The notes: generated from the letters alone by a model not told the origin. Shown: positions 1-13,935, numbered from the stretch's first letter. The stretch: DNA of 64,000 nucleotides from Octopus sinensis (GCF_006345805.1 NC_043010.1:24428001-24492000); one strand, 5' to 3'. Translations and numbers: made by a program.

Positions 1-156
1 TCACTGGTTGTCCAGAGGTTCCAATATACATACATACATACACACTCACGTATACATATATATATATATATATACGTATGTATATGTGGTGTGTATGTAT
101 GCATGTATGTATATATACATATATATATGTACATATACATATATATATATATATAT

Positions 157-209
<53 letters not shown>

Positions 210-446
210 TAAGGGTAGAAATTGATATTTATCAATTAAGACCAGTGGTCTAGCATATTAAAAAAGAATCCGAAGATTAAAATATTTATATATACCAATT
301 AAGGACTGAACACGAAAAGTGGACAGTCAACATGCTAGATATAGACGTCAATCGCCATTCACCACCAAAAGATTATGTTCTCAGATCAAACTCAGCACAA
401 AACCATAGCAATAAACAAGTGAAAATATACGAAATAAAATAATTAC

Positions 447-511
447 CCATGTACTAATTAGTTTCGGCTGTTATTTTCCGCAAGGAAAACTGCAGCCATC
501 ATCAGCATGGT
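447..511 (-). ncRNA. Type-I hammerhead ribozyme (inverted copy)
   Basis: Minus strand: (a)ccatg CTGATGA t ggctg..ttttcc ttgc ggaaaa..cagcc GAAA ctaattag TA catgg. Intact core, palindromic stem III, GUA cleavage triplet. Confidence 0.85.
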
Positions 512-1000
512 CCGTTATAAATGCAATTTGCTGGACTAGATGCAAACACGATACCGAAATATCGCGTGCATGGAGTTCAGTATTTTTCACTTGTTTATTG
601 CTATGGTTTTGTGCTGAGTTTGATCTGAGAACATAATCTTTTGTGGTGAATGGCGATTTGACGTCTATATCTAGCATGTTGACTGTCCACTTTTCGTGTT
701 CAGTCCTTAATTGGTATATATAAATATTTTAATCTTCGGATTCTTTTTTAATATGCTAGACCACTGGTCTTAATTGATAAATATCAAGTTCTACCCTTAA
801 TTAATTTTATATAAATAAATGGTTCTCTAACCGATAAATTGACTGCTGCTAATTATTAGCTGCAGGCTAGTTTTCTCGGGCCTCAACGCGCCAAAGTAAA
901 GGCATTTGAAAGATATATTCAAATGTAATAGGCTGAACTCCATGCACGCGATATTTCGGTATCGTGTTTGCATCTAGTCCAGCAAATTGCATTATAACGG

Positions 1001-1066
1001 ACCATGCTGATGATGGCTGCAGTTTTCCTTGCGGAAAATAACAGCCGAAACTAATTAGTACATGGT
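1001..1066 (+). ncRNA. Type-I hammerhead ribozyme
   Basis: accatg CTGATGA t ggctg(cag ttttcc ttgc ggaaaa taa)cagcc GAAA ctaattag TA catggt. Stem I 6 bp, stem II 5 bp plus inner hairpin, palindromic stem III, predicted cleavage after A1060. Confidence 0.9.
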
Positions 1067-1307
1067 ATTATTTATTTCGTATATTTTTCACTTGTTTATT
1101 GCTATGGTTTTGTGCTGAGTTTGATCTGAGAACATAATCTTTTGTGGTGAATGGCGATTTGACGTCTATATCTAGCATGTTGACTGTCCACTTTTCGTGT
1201 TCAGTCCTTAATTGGTATATATATATATATATATATATATAGATATATATATATTATATATATATATAATATATTATATATATATATGTATATATACATA
1301 CATGCAT

Positions 1308-1369
<62 letters not shown>

Positions 1370-1382
1370 TTATATATATATA

Positions 1383-1430
<48 letters not shown>

Positions 1431-1434
<4 letters not shown>

Positions 1435-1495
1435 ATCCAAACATGAAAGCACAAAAAACACACATCGCGAGGACGTGGAACAATATATAATAATT
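1431..1495 (-). repeat. Truncated end of the HHR-bearing pLTR family seen at 4245-4400 and 20035-20240
   Basis: gttaatccaaacatgaaag...cgcgaggacgtggaacaa is the reverse complement of the shared 3' end ttgttccacgtcctcgcg...catgtttggattaac; abuts (TA)n. Confidence 0.7.
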
Positions 1496-1574
1496 GGAGC
1501 TATTTATGTGTGTGTGTGAGTGTATGTATGTATGTATGTATGTATATTGTACTCGTACAATATAATCATTAAGT

Positions 1575-1884
1575 GGGGGCACATGGCCTAGTGTTTAGAC
1601 CAGCAGACTTGCGGTCGAGGGATCGAAGGTTCGAGTCTCAGATCGAGTGATGTCTGTGTTTATGAGCGAAACACCTGAGCTCCATGCGGTTCCTGCAGAA
1701 GGTAAGGGTGAACTTCTGCTCACTCTTTCGCCACAACTTCCTCTCACTCTTTCCTCCTGCATCTAGTAACTCACATGCGAAGGACCGACACCCCGTTCAG
1801 GTGGGGGAACCTATACGCCAATGAAACCGGGAAACCGGCTCTTATGAGCCAGGCATGGCTAGAGGAGGAATCAAACAACAACAA
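1575..1884 (+). mobile_element. tRNA-derived SINE, family A
   Basis: tRNA-like head (ggggcacatggcctagtg...ggttcgagtc), shared body gagcgaaacacct..agctcca and tail gaaaccgggaaaccgg; homologous to 3263-3568 and 44467-44760. Confidence 0.8.
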
Positions 1885-2273
1885 TATATACATTAAATTG
1901 CATGACAAATACCCAGCTTTTAGAATTCCATGTTTATATGCCTTCATTTTATTGTATTTGTTTTATTTGCTATGAATCCTGGGTTTGGGTCTGTTACAGC
2001 TTATACAGGGAAAATAAAACGAAATTATCTCGTTTTGTTTTACTTTCTACAGTTATGTGTGTGTTTGTGTTTGTGAGTGCGTGTGTGTGTATTTATGTTT
2101 TATGCATGTATGTATATACAGAGATGATCGTAGATCATACTCACAAGAATATCAACAAATACGCCCAGACACACACCGATATGTACGTGTCTGTGTGTGT
2201 GTGTATATATATATAGAGAGAGAGAGAAAGAGAGAAAGAGAGAGAGAGAGGCAGAGAGACAGACATATAGGTA

Positions 2274-2963
<690 letters not shown>

Positions 2964-3029
2964 ATGTGATACATTATATATTATATTTATTATATATGTA
3001 TTGATGTGTAATTTTCGCACAGACCAGCA

Positions 3030-3220
3030 ATTCCGGAGCGGGGATTAGGTCGATGAACTCCACCTCAGCATTCAACTGGTACTTATTTTATCGAAACTGG
3101 AATGATGAACTGCAAAGTCGAACTCACTGGAATTTGAACCTAGAACCTAAAACCTATGACGAACGAAATGCTGCTAATCACTTTGCTTGTCGTGCTAACT
3201 ATTCCGCCTGCTCGCAGCCT
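3030..3220 (-). mobile_element. SINE family C (Nin/Deu-like central domain), decayed
   Basis: Reverse of consensus-like ttcaaattcc...gactttgc..ttcat..ttcgataaaataagtaccag; related to 5461-5760, 19700-19835 and 50288-50655. Confidence 0.65.
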
Positions 3221-3262
3221 TAATATAAATATATATATACGTTATATATATTATTCATTTTT

Positions 3263-3568
3263 TATGCGCCCCTTTTCAAGCCTCGCCAGGCTCATCAGCA
3301 TGGTTTCCCGGTTTCTATGGCGTATGTGCCCCCTCCCAGCTGTACGGGACGCCAGTCCATCGCAGCGTTACTCAAGAAACAGGAAGAAAGAGTGAGAGAA
3401 ATTTGGGGTGAAAGAGTACAACAAAGGTTTCCACCACCCCCTGCCGTAGCCTCGTGGAGCTTTAGATGTTTTCGCTCAATAAACACACACAACGACCGAT
3501 ATGGGGATCGAAACCGCGATCCTCCGACTGCGAGTCCGCTGCCCTAACCACTGCACCATTGCGCCTCC
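3263..3568 (-). mobile_element. tRNA-derived SINE, family A
   Basis: Minus-strand head ggaggcgcaatggtgcagtggttagggcagcggactcgcagtcggaggatcgcggtttcgatcc with A/B-box-like motifs; full body and tail. Confidence 0.88.
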
Positions 3569-3582
3569 ACTATGTGTGTGTA

Positions 3583-3624
<42 letters not shown>

Positions 3625-4244
3625 ATATGTGTACATGCATAGATATGTGTGTATATATATGTGCATGTGTGTGTGTGTATGCGTGATGACCGTGTGATGT
3701 TTTAATAGGATCAAATATCACAAACCCATGTTACTAACACACGTCTTCATCATCTTCTGTCTAATGTAGATATTATATTATTTTTGTCCCAGTTGTTTAT
3801 TCAAAGCCTTTTGTATGCAGCCAAACAGGAGGGCAAAAATAATATCATAAAAAGAAAAAAGTGAAACGGAAAATAATGAAAGGCTTCAATGCTACAGATG
3901 TTATTAATGATAACGTCCCCTTGAAGAGTCTTTGAACCTGAAGGCATTAATAAAAAGCCTTTCTCCCTGATACCAGCAGATTCCATTGTGTAACGGCACA
4001 ATAAGTTATATACAGTATTCATTAAGGATATTGCCAATAGAAGGCAACAGTGTTCCATTGTGTGCGAAATAAGTAAAATACCCCGGCAACAACACATACG
4101 TTAGATATCCAATGCATTTCATGCGTGTGTGTATGTCTGTCTGTATGTATACGTGTGTGTGTGTGTTAGTGTGTGATTATGTGTATGCACATAAGTATAT
4201 AATAATATGTATATATATATAGTATGTATGCGCTATAACATAAT

Positions 4245-4400
4245 TTTGGGCGATTTTTCCTCTGTCTTTTGATCTTTCCTATGTTTCCAAGAGCTTCCGC
4301 TCGAAACGTTCCACCCTTCTTTCTTCTGAGCGTCCAATAATACTATATTTGTTCCACGTCCTCGCGCTGTTGTGTTTTTGCGCTTCATGTTTGGATTAAC
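4245..4400 (+). mobile_element. Solo pLTR fragment with degenerate hammerhead
   Basis: Homologous to 20035-20240. At 4281-4312 the core has lost TGACG (gtttccaagagcttccgctcGAAAcgtt). Confidence 0.7.
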
Positions 4401-4550
4401 TTTATATGTATATATATATATATATATATGCCTGCATGTATGGACACACATATATATGTGTGTGCGTGTGTGTGTGTGTATATATATATATATCATATAT
4501 TTATATATATTATATGGGTATACCATATAAACACACTATGCATATTTTCC

Positions 4551-4615
<65 letters not shown>

Positions 4616-5460
4616 ATATATGCGCAGATAAGCATGCGTATTCTCTTCCTCTCTCTCACCCTCTCTCTTTCTCCCTCTCTTTCTTTTTGTCTTTCTGTCT
4701 CTCTTTCTCTCTATCTCTCTATCTCTCTTTTCCACACACTCACACGCACACACTAACACATCCACGTACACACTTCCGTGCTTACGAAAATTGATTTCGT
4801 TTAGACTGTTATTTAAAACGACGTTGAACGGTAAGAAAAATTGTTAAGTAACGCTTGGCTGAATGAAAGAGGCACGGAACGTGATATATATCTGACACAC
4901 ACGTGATTTAAACGTGATGTGAACGTGATTTACTTGTGGTATAATATGGATGTAGATAGAAGCAGTAAGGCGAGAAATGAATTAGCGTCACTTGGATTGC
5001 AGTTTTCTTGAAGTAACTGAAGACTTTTATGAGTGATATCCTTAGCAGAAGTACCCTCGTTATCGTTGTTAAGTGTCGCAGGTGGATGGGAATATTTTCA
5101 AGTTTTTACATATGATTTCACGTGGATTGAAACAATTATTCAACAATGCCAAGACAGACTGTATAGAATGCAATGTAATGCGAACATCTTGCATTTGAAG
5201 AGATTGATTCGTAAAGCGTTGCAGATATTTCTTGTCTATGCTGTATTATTGAATGTTTAAATGTCGACAGGGATTTGATGGGGGAAGTATTTGACCGACG
5301 TTTATAATTTCAAAATTTGTCCGTGTTTAATCCTGTATTTCAGCAATCCTGGATCGATAAAATAAATACTGTGTATTGTATATACTGGGACCCAATAATG
5401 CGATGCAAGCAATATTCCCTGATTATAAAAACGGCACGCTGGCAGAATCATTAAATGTGA

Positions 5461-5760
5461 AGCGGTGAGCTGGCAAAACGCTTGGCAGCATTTCGTTCGT
5501 CCTTACGGTCTGAATTCCTTTTCTTTTTAGTAGATATGAGAAAAGTGAAAGCAGTTTAAGCAGAATTTGAATTCCCAATTCAATGAAGTGATTTTTTTGT
5601 TCTACAACTCCTTTTTGTTTTAAATTTTTCTTCTTTTGGTTACTGTTATTGCCAAGGTTCAACAAAGATCAAGCTTTTCATTATTTCGGAGTTGATAAAA
5701 TAAGTACCAGATGTGCTTTGGGGTCAATCTAATCTACTTACTCTCACCCCTAAAATTATT
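5461..5760 (+). mobile_element. SINE family C, interrupted by an inverted copy of neighbouring DNA
   Basis: Head gcggtgagctggcaaaacgc...tctgaattc, foreign 5523-5674, then tail ttttcattatttcggagttgataaaataagtaccag...ggggtcaat. Confidence 0.65.
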
Positions 5761-6260
5761 GACCTAGTTCTAAAATTTGAAACCAATATTCCTTGAATAT
5801 TTAATTATATTTCCGATCTATTTTTATAGAATTGAATACTTTAATGTCGATGTTGATAAGGCTCATATATCAGCCACTGAGGTCGATGAAACAAATGTCA
5901 TGTATGATATTTTTGTGGTCAAGGAAAGTGATTCATTCAATGAAGGAGCTTTTGCGGTGTTGTTTTTACCTGTTATAAATATCAACTAAATATCTCTGAC
6001 ATTACTTCCAATATGATAAATTAAGAAATTACTTATTAGATAACCTACTCCATAACGGATTCCTAAAATACGGGATGTTATAGCTGGGATTCGTTCTTTC
6101 GTAGTTCTGCTTGATCCGTGTCGAACTTTGGCAATAACAATAACCAAAAGAAGAAAAATTTAAAACAAAAATGAGTTGTAGAACAAAAAAATCACTTCAT
6201 TGAATTGGGAATTCAAATTCTGCTTAAACTGTTTTCAGTTTTGTCATATCTACTGAAAAA
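5523..6260. repeat. ~150 bp inverted repeat (5523-5674 / 6109-6260)
   Basis: gcagaatttgaattcccaattcaatgaagtgatttttttgttctacaactc matches the reverse complement gagttgtagaacaaaaaaatcacttcattgaattgggaattcaaattctgc. Confidence 0.9.
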
Positions 6261-6406
6261 CCAAAAGAATAACACAGTTGCAGTACTGTTGAAGTAAAAT
6301 AATCATTTATGTATCGTATTTAACGTATATAAACTAATAAACATCCAAAACAGCGTGGGTTCTATCCTAGACAAAATCTGTTATAAATGCGCTGTGTTAC
6401 AAAGAC

Positions 6407-6441
<35 letters not shown>

Positions 6442-6728
6442 TGTATGTATGCATTCATGTATGTATGTATGTATGTATGTATGTATGTATGTATGTATGT
6501 ATTGGAGGAAGACGATAACTTGTCCTAACAGCAGATAGCGAGAGTACAAAATGCAATTCAACGTCCTTAGCCCCCCCCCCCCCCCAATGTATTGTAATCG
6601 CAGCCAGCCAAACGCCTAGATGATGTTTCTCGTCTCCGATACAAGAAACACAGAATGAAATTAAAATAGTCATTTATAAAATATAATTAACGTATGCATA
6701 TATACTGTTGACAGGCGAGAGCTTGTGG

Positions 6729-6787
<59 letters not shown>

Positions 6788-6806
6788 CGTTATTATTACT
6801 ATTAGT

Positions 6807-7195
6807 GGAGGCGCAATGGCCCAGTGGTTAGGGCAACGGACTCGCGGTCATAGGATCGTGGTTTCGATTCCCAGACGTTGTGGCGTTGTGAGTGTTTATT
6901 GAGCGAAAACACCTAAAGCTCCACGAGGCTCCGGCAGGGGATTGTGGTGATCCCTGCTGTACTGTTTCACCACAACTTTCTCTCACTCTTACTTCCTGTT
7001 TCTGTTGTACCTGTATTTCAAAGGGCCGGCCTTGTCACTCTCTGTGTCACGCTGAATATCCCCGAGAACTACGTTAAGGGTACACGTGTCTGTGGAGTGC
7101 TCAGCCACTTACACGTTAATTTCACGAGCAGGCTGTTCCGTTGATTCGGATCAACCGGAACCCTCATCGTCGTAACCGACGGAGTGCTTCCACCA
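6807..7195 (+). mobile_element. tRNA-derived SINE, family A head with alternative tail
   Basis: ggaggcgcaatggcccagtggttagggc...ggtttcgattccc head and family A body, then a different 3' half (acacgtgtctgtggagtgctcagccac...gtaaccgacggagtgc); follows a (TTA)n tract. Confidence 0.85.
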
Positions 7196-7399
7196 TTACT
7201 ATTATTATTATTACTATTGTTGTTGTTGCTGCTGTTGTTGTTATTTGATAATTTGTGGACAGGAAAGTTGCCGCAAGTTTTTATTTTGTAAATGTGTTAT
7301 ATATATATACCTACACGATGATTGCAAGAAATGTAAATTCCTGTTTCTCATTGTGTTGTCGTTGCTACTGTTTGGCAGAACCGTTTCTACAACTGTTGC

Positions 7400-7456
7400 T
7401 GCAGTTAATGTTGTTGTTGCTGCTGTTGTTGTTGTTGTTGTTATCGCTGCTGCTGC

Positions 7457-7487
<31 letters not shown>

Positions 7488-7498
7488 GCTGCTGCTGC

Positions 7499-7556
<58 letters not shown>

Positions 7557-7565
7557 GCTGTTGCT
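7400..7565. repeat. (GTT)n/(GCT)n trinucleotide tract
   Basis: Direct reading; gives poly-V/L/T ORFs. Confidence 0.95.
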
Positions 7566-8420
7566 GTGTTTGTGTTTACGCCATCGTCCATGGCACCAAA
7601 TCCTCGGGAGCGATAGATTCTTCTGAAATCCTATGCATTCGCTCAGATTGAGGATGCTTGGAGCTGATATCTCAATTTGGATTGCAGATTATAGAAATTA
7701 TCGCACTTTGGAAGAATTTTCCATTCCTTCCATGTTTGCTTTCGTGTATTTATTTGTTTATATTTTATTATTATCTCTATTAACATTTTTATAACATTAT
7801 TATTATTGTTTTTGTTGTTGTTGTCGGCGTTGTTGTTTATTATACATATATTTTTTTATATTATATGCTTCTTTTCATTGTTGTTATTGTTATAATTGTT
7901 GGAGTGAGAGAAAAGAATAAAGATTACAAAGAGTGACAGAGAAAAAGAATGCAAGAGATAGAAGAGGAGGGGAGAGTTGAGAAAGAGAGAAATCACTGGA
8001 GTGACATTCGTGTGTAAATATATGTGAGGATGAATATGTTTGTATCTTTGTATGTGTGAATATATGAATATGAATATATGAATATTTGTATTTATATGTA
8101 TGTACGTACATATGTATGTAGTACGTACGTACGTACGTATTTCTGTATGTATGTATGTATGTACATACGTACGTATGTATATATGTATTTACGTACGTAC
8201 GTATGTATCTATTATATATGTACGCATGTATGCATGCATGTACGTATGTATGTATGCATGTATGTACGTACGTACGTATGTATGTACGTATGTACGTATG
8301 TATATACGCATGTACGTACGTATCTATGTATGTATGTATGTATATACATATCCGTTTATAAAAACATACATAATAGCATAATAAAAATATAAAGACAGAC
8401 AGACATGGATAGTGAGAGAA

Positions 8421-8454
<34 letters not shown>

Positions 8455-9299
8455 GCAGACAGATAGAGAGAGAAAGAGAGAGAGAGACGAGTAAACACTG
8501 AGTGAAAGAAATTCAATAAGAATGAATACATGTGAAGGATAAAGATGGAATGCGGATAAGAAGAAGCCCCAGGGTGAATATTAACAATTTCAATAATGAA
8601 AATGAACTGGAAAGAACGTTTTGGAATAGGAAATTAATTTGTTTCACGTTATGTTCTATAAATCGGAGATAAATATAAATACATTAAGTGCCTCTGTGTG
8701 TGTGTGTGTGCGCGCACGCGCGCGCGCGCGTGTGTGTGTATGTGTGTAGGTGTGTATGAGTGTATGTGAGCGAGAGAGAGAGAAAGTTTGCTTTTTACGA
8801 AACCAAACAAAGCAAATTATAAGAAATATTATACGCCGATGGTTTGTTCTTTTACCCGAAATATTGTAATAGAAGGTAAAAGTACAATCATATTAGTTCT
8901 AGTCACTTGCATTGTTTTGGCTTTATAACAAAACTAACAAATACATTCATATATATTCGTATGTATTGTTAATGCATACTTACACACAGACACACACACA
9001 CACATATATATATATAAATAAAATTAGTGTACATTTATACACAAAAGAGATTACCTTAAACAGGACACCGTACATATGTACAAGTGGTAACTTGAAAAAT
9101 TTTTGTTTCATCCCGTTCGAAATTACTCTTAACCGTGGTTTGGGCTTTGACTGTTCCTTTTAGCATGTAAGTTGTCCTGTTTTGGGTCACCTCTTTTGTG
9201 TTTAAATGTACACTAATTTCATATGAAAAATATGTTATCTATTGACTATTTTATGCATGCTAGTCACTGATAGAAACATTTCTCTAGTTACTTCAAAAA

Positions 9300-9500
9300 C
9301 GGAGAAAAATAACCAAGAGGAAATCTTCAACGTGACGTTAGCACATGCAAAGTATTAATAAGATTCTCAGAGAAGGAAAAAAAAATAGTTGTGTTATATT
9401 TCGAGCATAGCTCTTCTTCGGAAACAGGAAACTTAGAAAAGTCCAAAGAAAAAGTAAAAAAGGAAGAAAAATAATCGCCAACAGTCCACGTGTAATGACA
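9300..9500 (-). mobile_element. Solo pLTR fragment with HHR-like motif (CCGA core) at 9391-9426
   Basis: Minus: gttt CCGAAGA a gagc tat gctc GAAA ta ta acac. Homologous to 20265-20410 (shared gaaaagtccaaagaa...ggaagaaaaataa). Confidence 0.6.
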
Positions 9501-9788
9501 TACATATAGCGAGAAAGAGAGAGTGGGAGAGTGAAGAGGTGTGATTCGGACATGCTCAAATAGTAGAACACACGTAGAAGTGCTCAAAAGGTTTGAAGTT
9601 ACACTCCAAAATCTTTATCTAAGAGTAAGTCCGCGGGGTAAAGAATGGCTATAAGAGAAATCCATGTATGTGTGGGGGGTGCATGTGTGTGTGTGTTTGT
9701 GTATGCCTCTGTATGTGTGTGTATTCGTGTGTGTGTGCCTGTATGTCTTTATATGTATCTACCTATATGGATATATATATATATATAT

Positions 9789-9897
<109 letters not shown>

Positions 9898-9983
9898 GAA
9901 ATATAGAAATTGATCTCGGACAGAATATACTATCGTAAGATTCCGTTTTTTTTTTCTTTTTTATTCTTTTTCGAATTTTCAGA

Positions 9984-10042
9984 CAACTGAAGTAGAAGAT
10001 ATGGCAAGCGGTTGTTCTTATTCTACAGAAATGTGCATCTTG
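9984..10042 (+). ncRNA. Degenerate hammerhead-like motif
   Basis: caa CTGAA gtagaa...ttctac a GAAA tgtgca TC ttg. Stems I-III are present but the core lacks 2-3 nt. Confidence 0.35.
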
Positions 10043-10183
10043 ACGAAATCAAAAAGAAAGTCTCAACAAAAAGGAAGGAAGAAAAAAGTAAACAGTTCAA
10101 TAAAGAAAGTCACAAATAAAGGATAAAAGGAAAGAAAACAACAGTTGAAAAACGGTTTATTCATGGAAAGAAAAACCTACAGA

Positions 10184-10269
<86 letters not shown>

Positions 10270-11352
10270 TAGATGCACATAAGTGTTAGTGTGTGCGTGC
10301 GTTCGCTTTGCTTCAAGAACTCTACTGAGTAAACAACTTCGGAGTAATGCTGCTACTTTGTAGATTCTCACCAGCAACATTTGCCAAATTTTCGAAATTT
10401 GTTGAAAGAGCAGACAACGATTTGAAGAGACTTCCGTTCAGTCATTGAATCGATATTTCCTGTTAAATTTTTTGGATATTGCAGCCTAGTGGCTTCAATC
10501 TACTGACTAACTAATATCGTTCAGCTTGTTAAATATACCAGCTAAATATCCTTCTAATCATATCTTATCGTCTTATAGCGGAGCATATTTGATAATATAG
10601 AGTGAAGTATTTGATAAGATACAGTGAAGTCACGGGAAAAAATTAGAAAGAAAAAGCGACCAGATAGTCATAACATGCTTTTGATTGCTTCCATATATCT
10701 CTGGTATACAACAGCAACAACAATAACACCAACAACGGACAAAATATTTTTAGATATATAATTATCTCACAATACAAAACTTTATATCTGCACTACACAA
10801 TTTCGCATGTGAATAAACGGGTTTTCATGCATAAACAGTTATAAAAAGGACCAAAAGCATTTCTTCGTATCTATATAAGAATAAAATCATTACAAAGCTC
10901 TTTGCAGCGGGAGGTTTAAACCTGTGAAAACTGTTTCTATTATATAACTAGCTCAATGCTTATATCAATGAATACTTCATTAAGCAGAGAATGAAAATAC
11001 TGACAGAGAGTCTGTATCAATCAGCAGCGATAAAGTGAGCTGGAACTTTGTGTAGACAAACATTTGCTGTTTGCTGCAATTGTGCACACGAATGCCGGCG
11101 TCGAATCGGCCACTTGCAAGCATTATTATGAAAACAGTAATCCCACGTCATATTGTGAAGGACATTTTAAACAACCACCTAAAATTCATAAACTCAGACA
11201 AGAAGACTCTTCAGTCTTGTTTGTGTTTAGTTTGGCTATAATTACTTTGTTAAACAGTATTTGGCAACTATACATGAATTTTCCTTTTCCGCCATTTTAA
11301 ATTATTTTCTGTTATGGGCGCCAAACTTTGCTTGCGCTCTTCTCTTTATTAC

Positions 11353-11415
<63 letters not shown>

Positions 11416-11467
11416 CATTATTATTATTATTATTACTATTATTATTATTATCATTAGGATTATCACC

Positions 11468-11503
<36 letters not shown>

Positions 11504-11957
11504 TCCATCATTATTATTTTCAAATCATTACTCTTTCTCTTTACCCACTTCACTGTCGTTACCCTATTTTGTATATATTTCGATACATGCTCATAAATAT
11601 ATACATACATATATTGTAATAAATACGCATGGAAACGCGTATTTATTACAATACATATATATATACACACACATGCACTCATACAAACCTACATTCATAT
11701 ATATACTACTGTATAAATGTATAATCTATCCATGTGTGAGTTTATATGTTTATACATACACACCTATACACGCATAAACGAACACGTGCGTATATGTGTA
11801 GATGTGTTTAAGTGTATATGTACATGTACCTGTAAGAATAAGAATTTTACACAAATACACAAACATATATATATGTATGTATGTATGTATATGTATATAA
11901 TTATATGCATATCTATCTGTTTCTCTCTCTATATATATACATATATACATGTGTCTA

Positions 11958-12050
<93 letters not shown>

Positions 12051-12075
12051 AAGAATGTGTGTGTGTGCGTGTGTG

Positions 12076-12127
<52 letters not shown>

Positions 12128-12385
12128 TGTGTACGTGCGTGCGTGTGTACGTGCCTATTTATCTAGCAGGACTTCCAAGCTCCATTTTGTTATTTTTATA
12201 AAATCTATAAATGTTTATCGTTGGGTATTTGCATTGCTGTCTATTCTCGATCAATTAACAAATATGGAAACTTCTTTTAAATCGATTGACAAATATTGAA
12301 ACTTAATGGTGTCCTTGCTGCCCTTTGCTATTGAACATTGTTATAAAGCTGCCTTGCAGTAATCCATGCACACAAACAAACATAA

Positions 12386-12416
<31 letters not shown>

Positions 12417-12422
12417 GATATA

Positions 12423-12459
<37 letters not shown>

Positions 12460-12577
12460 TATGTATGTATGTATACATATATATGTATAAATCATATCTA
12501 TATGTATACATACATATATATAATGTATATATATATATATATATATACACGCACACACAACACACCACACACGCACA

Positions 12578-12635
<58 letters not shown>

Positions 12636-12639
12636 CAAT

Positions 12640-12975
12640 GTGCTTATAAGCTTGCTACTCAACAACATGATGCATGGCACATTTGGCAAGTGTCTTTTGC
12701 TATACCCTCGGGCCTACCAAACTCTGAGTGGATTTGGTAGACGAGAACCTAAAAAATGTAATATATATGTGTGTGTGTCTGTATATAGGTGTGTGTGGGT
12801 CTCTGTGTGTGTGTGTGTGTGTGTGTGTGTTCCCCACCATCGCTTGACAACAGATTTTGGTGTGTTTACGCCATTGTATCTTAGCGGTTCAGCAACAGGG
12901 ACCGATAGAATAAGTAGTAGGCTTACAAAGAATAAATACTGAGGTCGATTTCTTTGACTAGAAACCATTTAAGGT
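12640..12975 (+). mobile_element. SINE family B, decayed
   Basis: ggcaagtgtctt...gtggatttggtagacg, internal (TG)n, catcgcttgacaac...gaccgatagaataagta; homologous to 30072-30445. Confidence 0.75.
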
Positions 12976-13476
12976 GAACCGCTAAGATACCACCAAAGAC
13001 CTTGGAGCTAGCATAAAGAGATTGACCAAGACACCAAAATACCCATGTACACAAATACACACGCACCCCCTCCCATAAGACAGACACCCGGCAGTTAACC
13101 ACCACCCTCAACCACCCCAACACACCCACACGCAAATTGTACTCCAACATAAACAAACCAACGCACACACAGTACTCTTACACTCTTACACACAATACAT
13201 TTCACAAATAGGCACTTCATACGTTTCATACGTAGGCACTTTAAATTTCTGTTAAACCATTTTATTTCTATTAAACCATTTTATTACATTAAAATTTCTA
13301 TTTTACAATTAACTAAATTAGCATAGAATAATGGTTTCATATATTTTTTTATAATTAAGATCTAAACTATTAATATATGAACGCGAAAGAGAAGAGAGTT
13401 GAATTAGTGTAAACCCTATTTTGGGCCAACCTGTATATGTACATGCATACATCATACATGCATACATCATACATAC

Positions 13477-13507
<31 letters not shown>

Positions 13508-13680
13508 CATACAACATACATACATACATATATACATACATACATACATACATATATACATACATGCATGCATGATATAAAACATATCCCGGAAACAGCT
13601 GAAAGACCTTCACTTATTTATAAATGTTCTAAAATCTTCACATCCTTGTTTTTTTTATCTCATTCTGATTTTTTTTATAT

Positions 13681-13711
<31 letters not shown>

Positions 13712-13725
13712 CATACATGCCATAC

Positions 13726-13768
<43 letters not shown>

Positions 13769-13796
13769 ATATATGTATACATAAGAGATTAATAAA

Positions 13797-13935
13797 ATAA
13801 GTACTAGGTTTACAAAGAATAAGTGCCGGGAGAGGGGGTCGATTTGTTCAATAAAACCCTCTTTATGGCGGTGCTCCAGCATGGCGCAGTCAAGTGACTG
13901 TAACCAGTAAAAGAATAAAAGAAAAGAATAAAAGA
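13797..13935 (+). mobile_element. SINE family B, 3' fragment
   Basis: aataagtactagg..acaaagaataag...ggcggtgctccagcatgg..cagtcaa.tgactg..ac.agtaaaagaat tail. Confidence 0.75.

Larger units (their letters stand above)
201..1220. mobile_element. ORF-less PLE pseudo-LTR / retrozyme-like unit with inverted arm, embedded in (TA)n
   Basis: 201-427 is the reverse complement of 581-808; ~290-580 is the reverse complement of 933-1220; 581-~720 recurs directly at 1082-1220 (period ~501). Two hammerhead motifs, (TA)n on both flanks, no coding capacity. Confidence 0.75.

Noticed and set aside
1575-1650. tRNA-like sequences at SINE heads (also 3490-3568, 6807-6880, 30072-30140, 51119-51185)
   Set aside because: Each continues into a SINE body, and no complete cloverleaf with acceptor stem is evident.
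7241-7626. Possible polyQ/polyT coding exon
   Set aside because: The polyQ frame has a stop immediately upstream, the flanks have no recognisable domain, and it is a simple (GTT/GCT)n tract.
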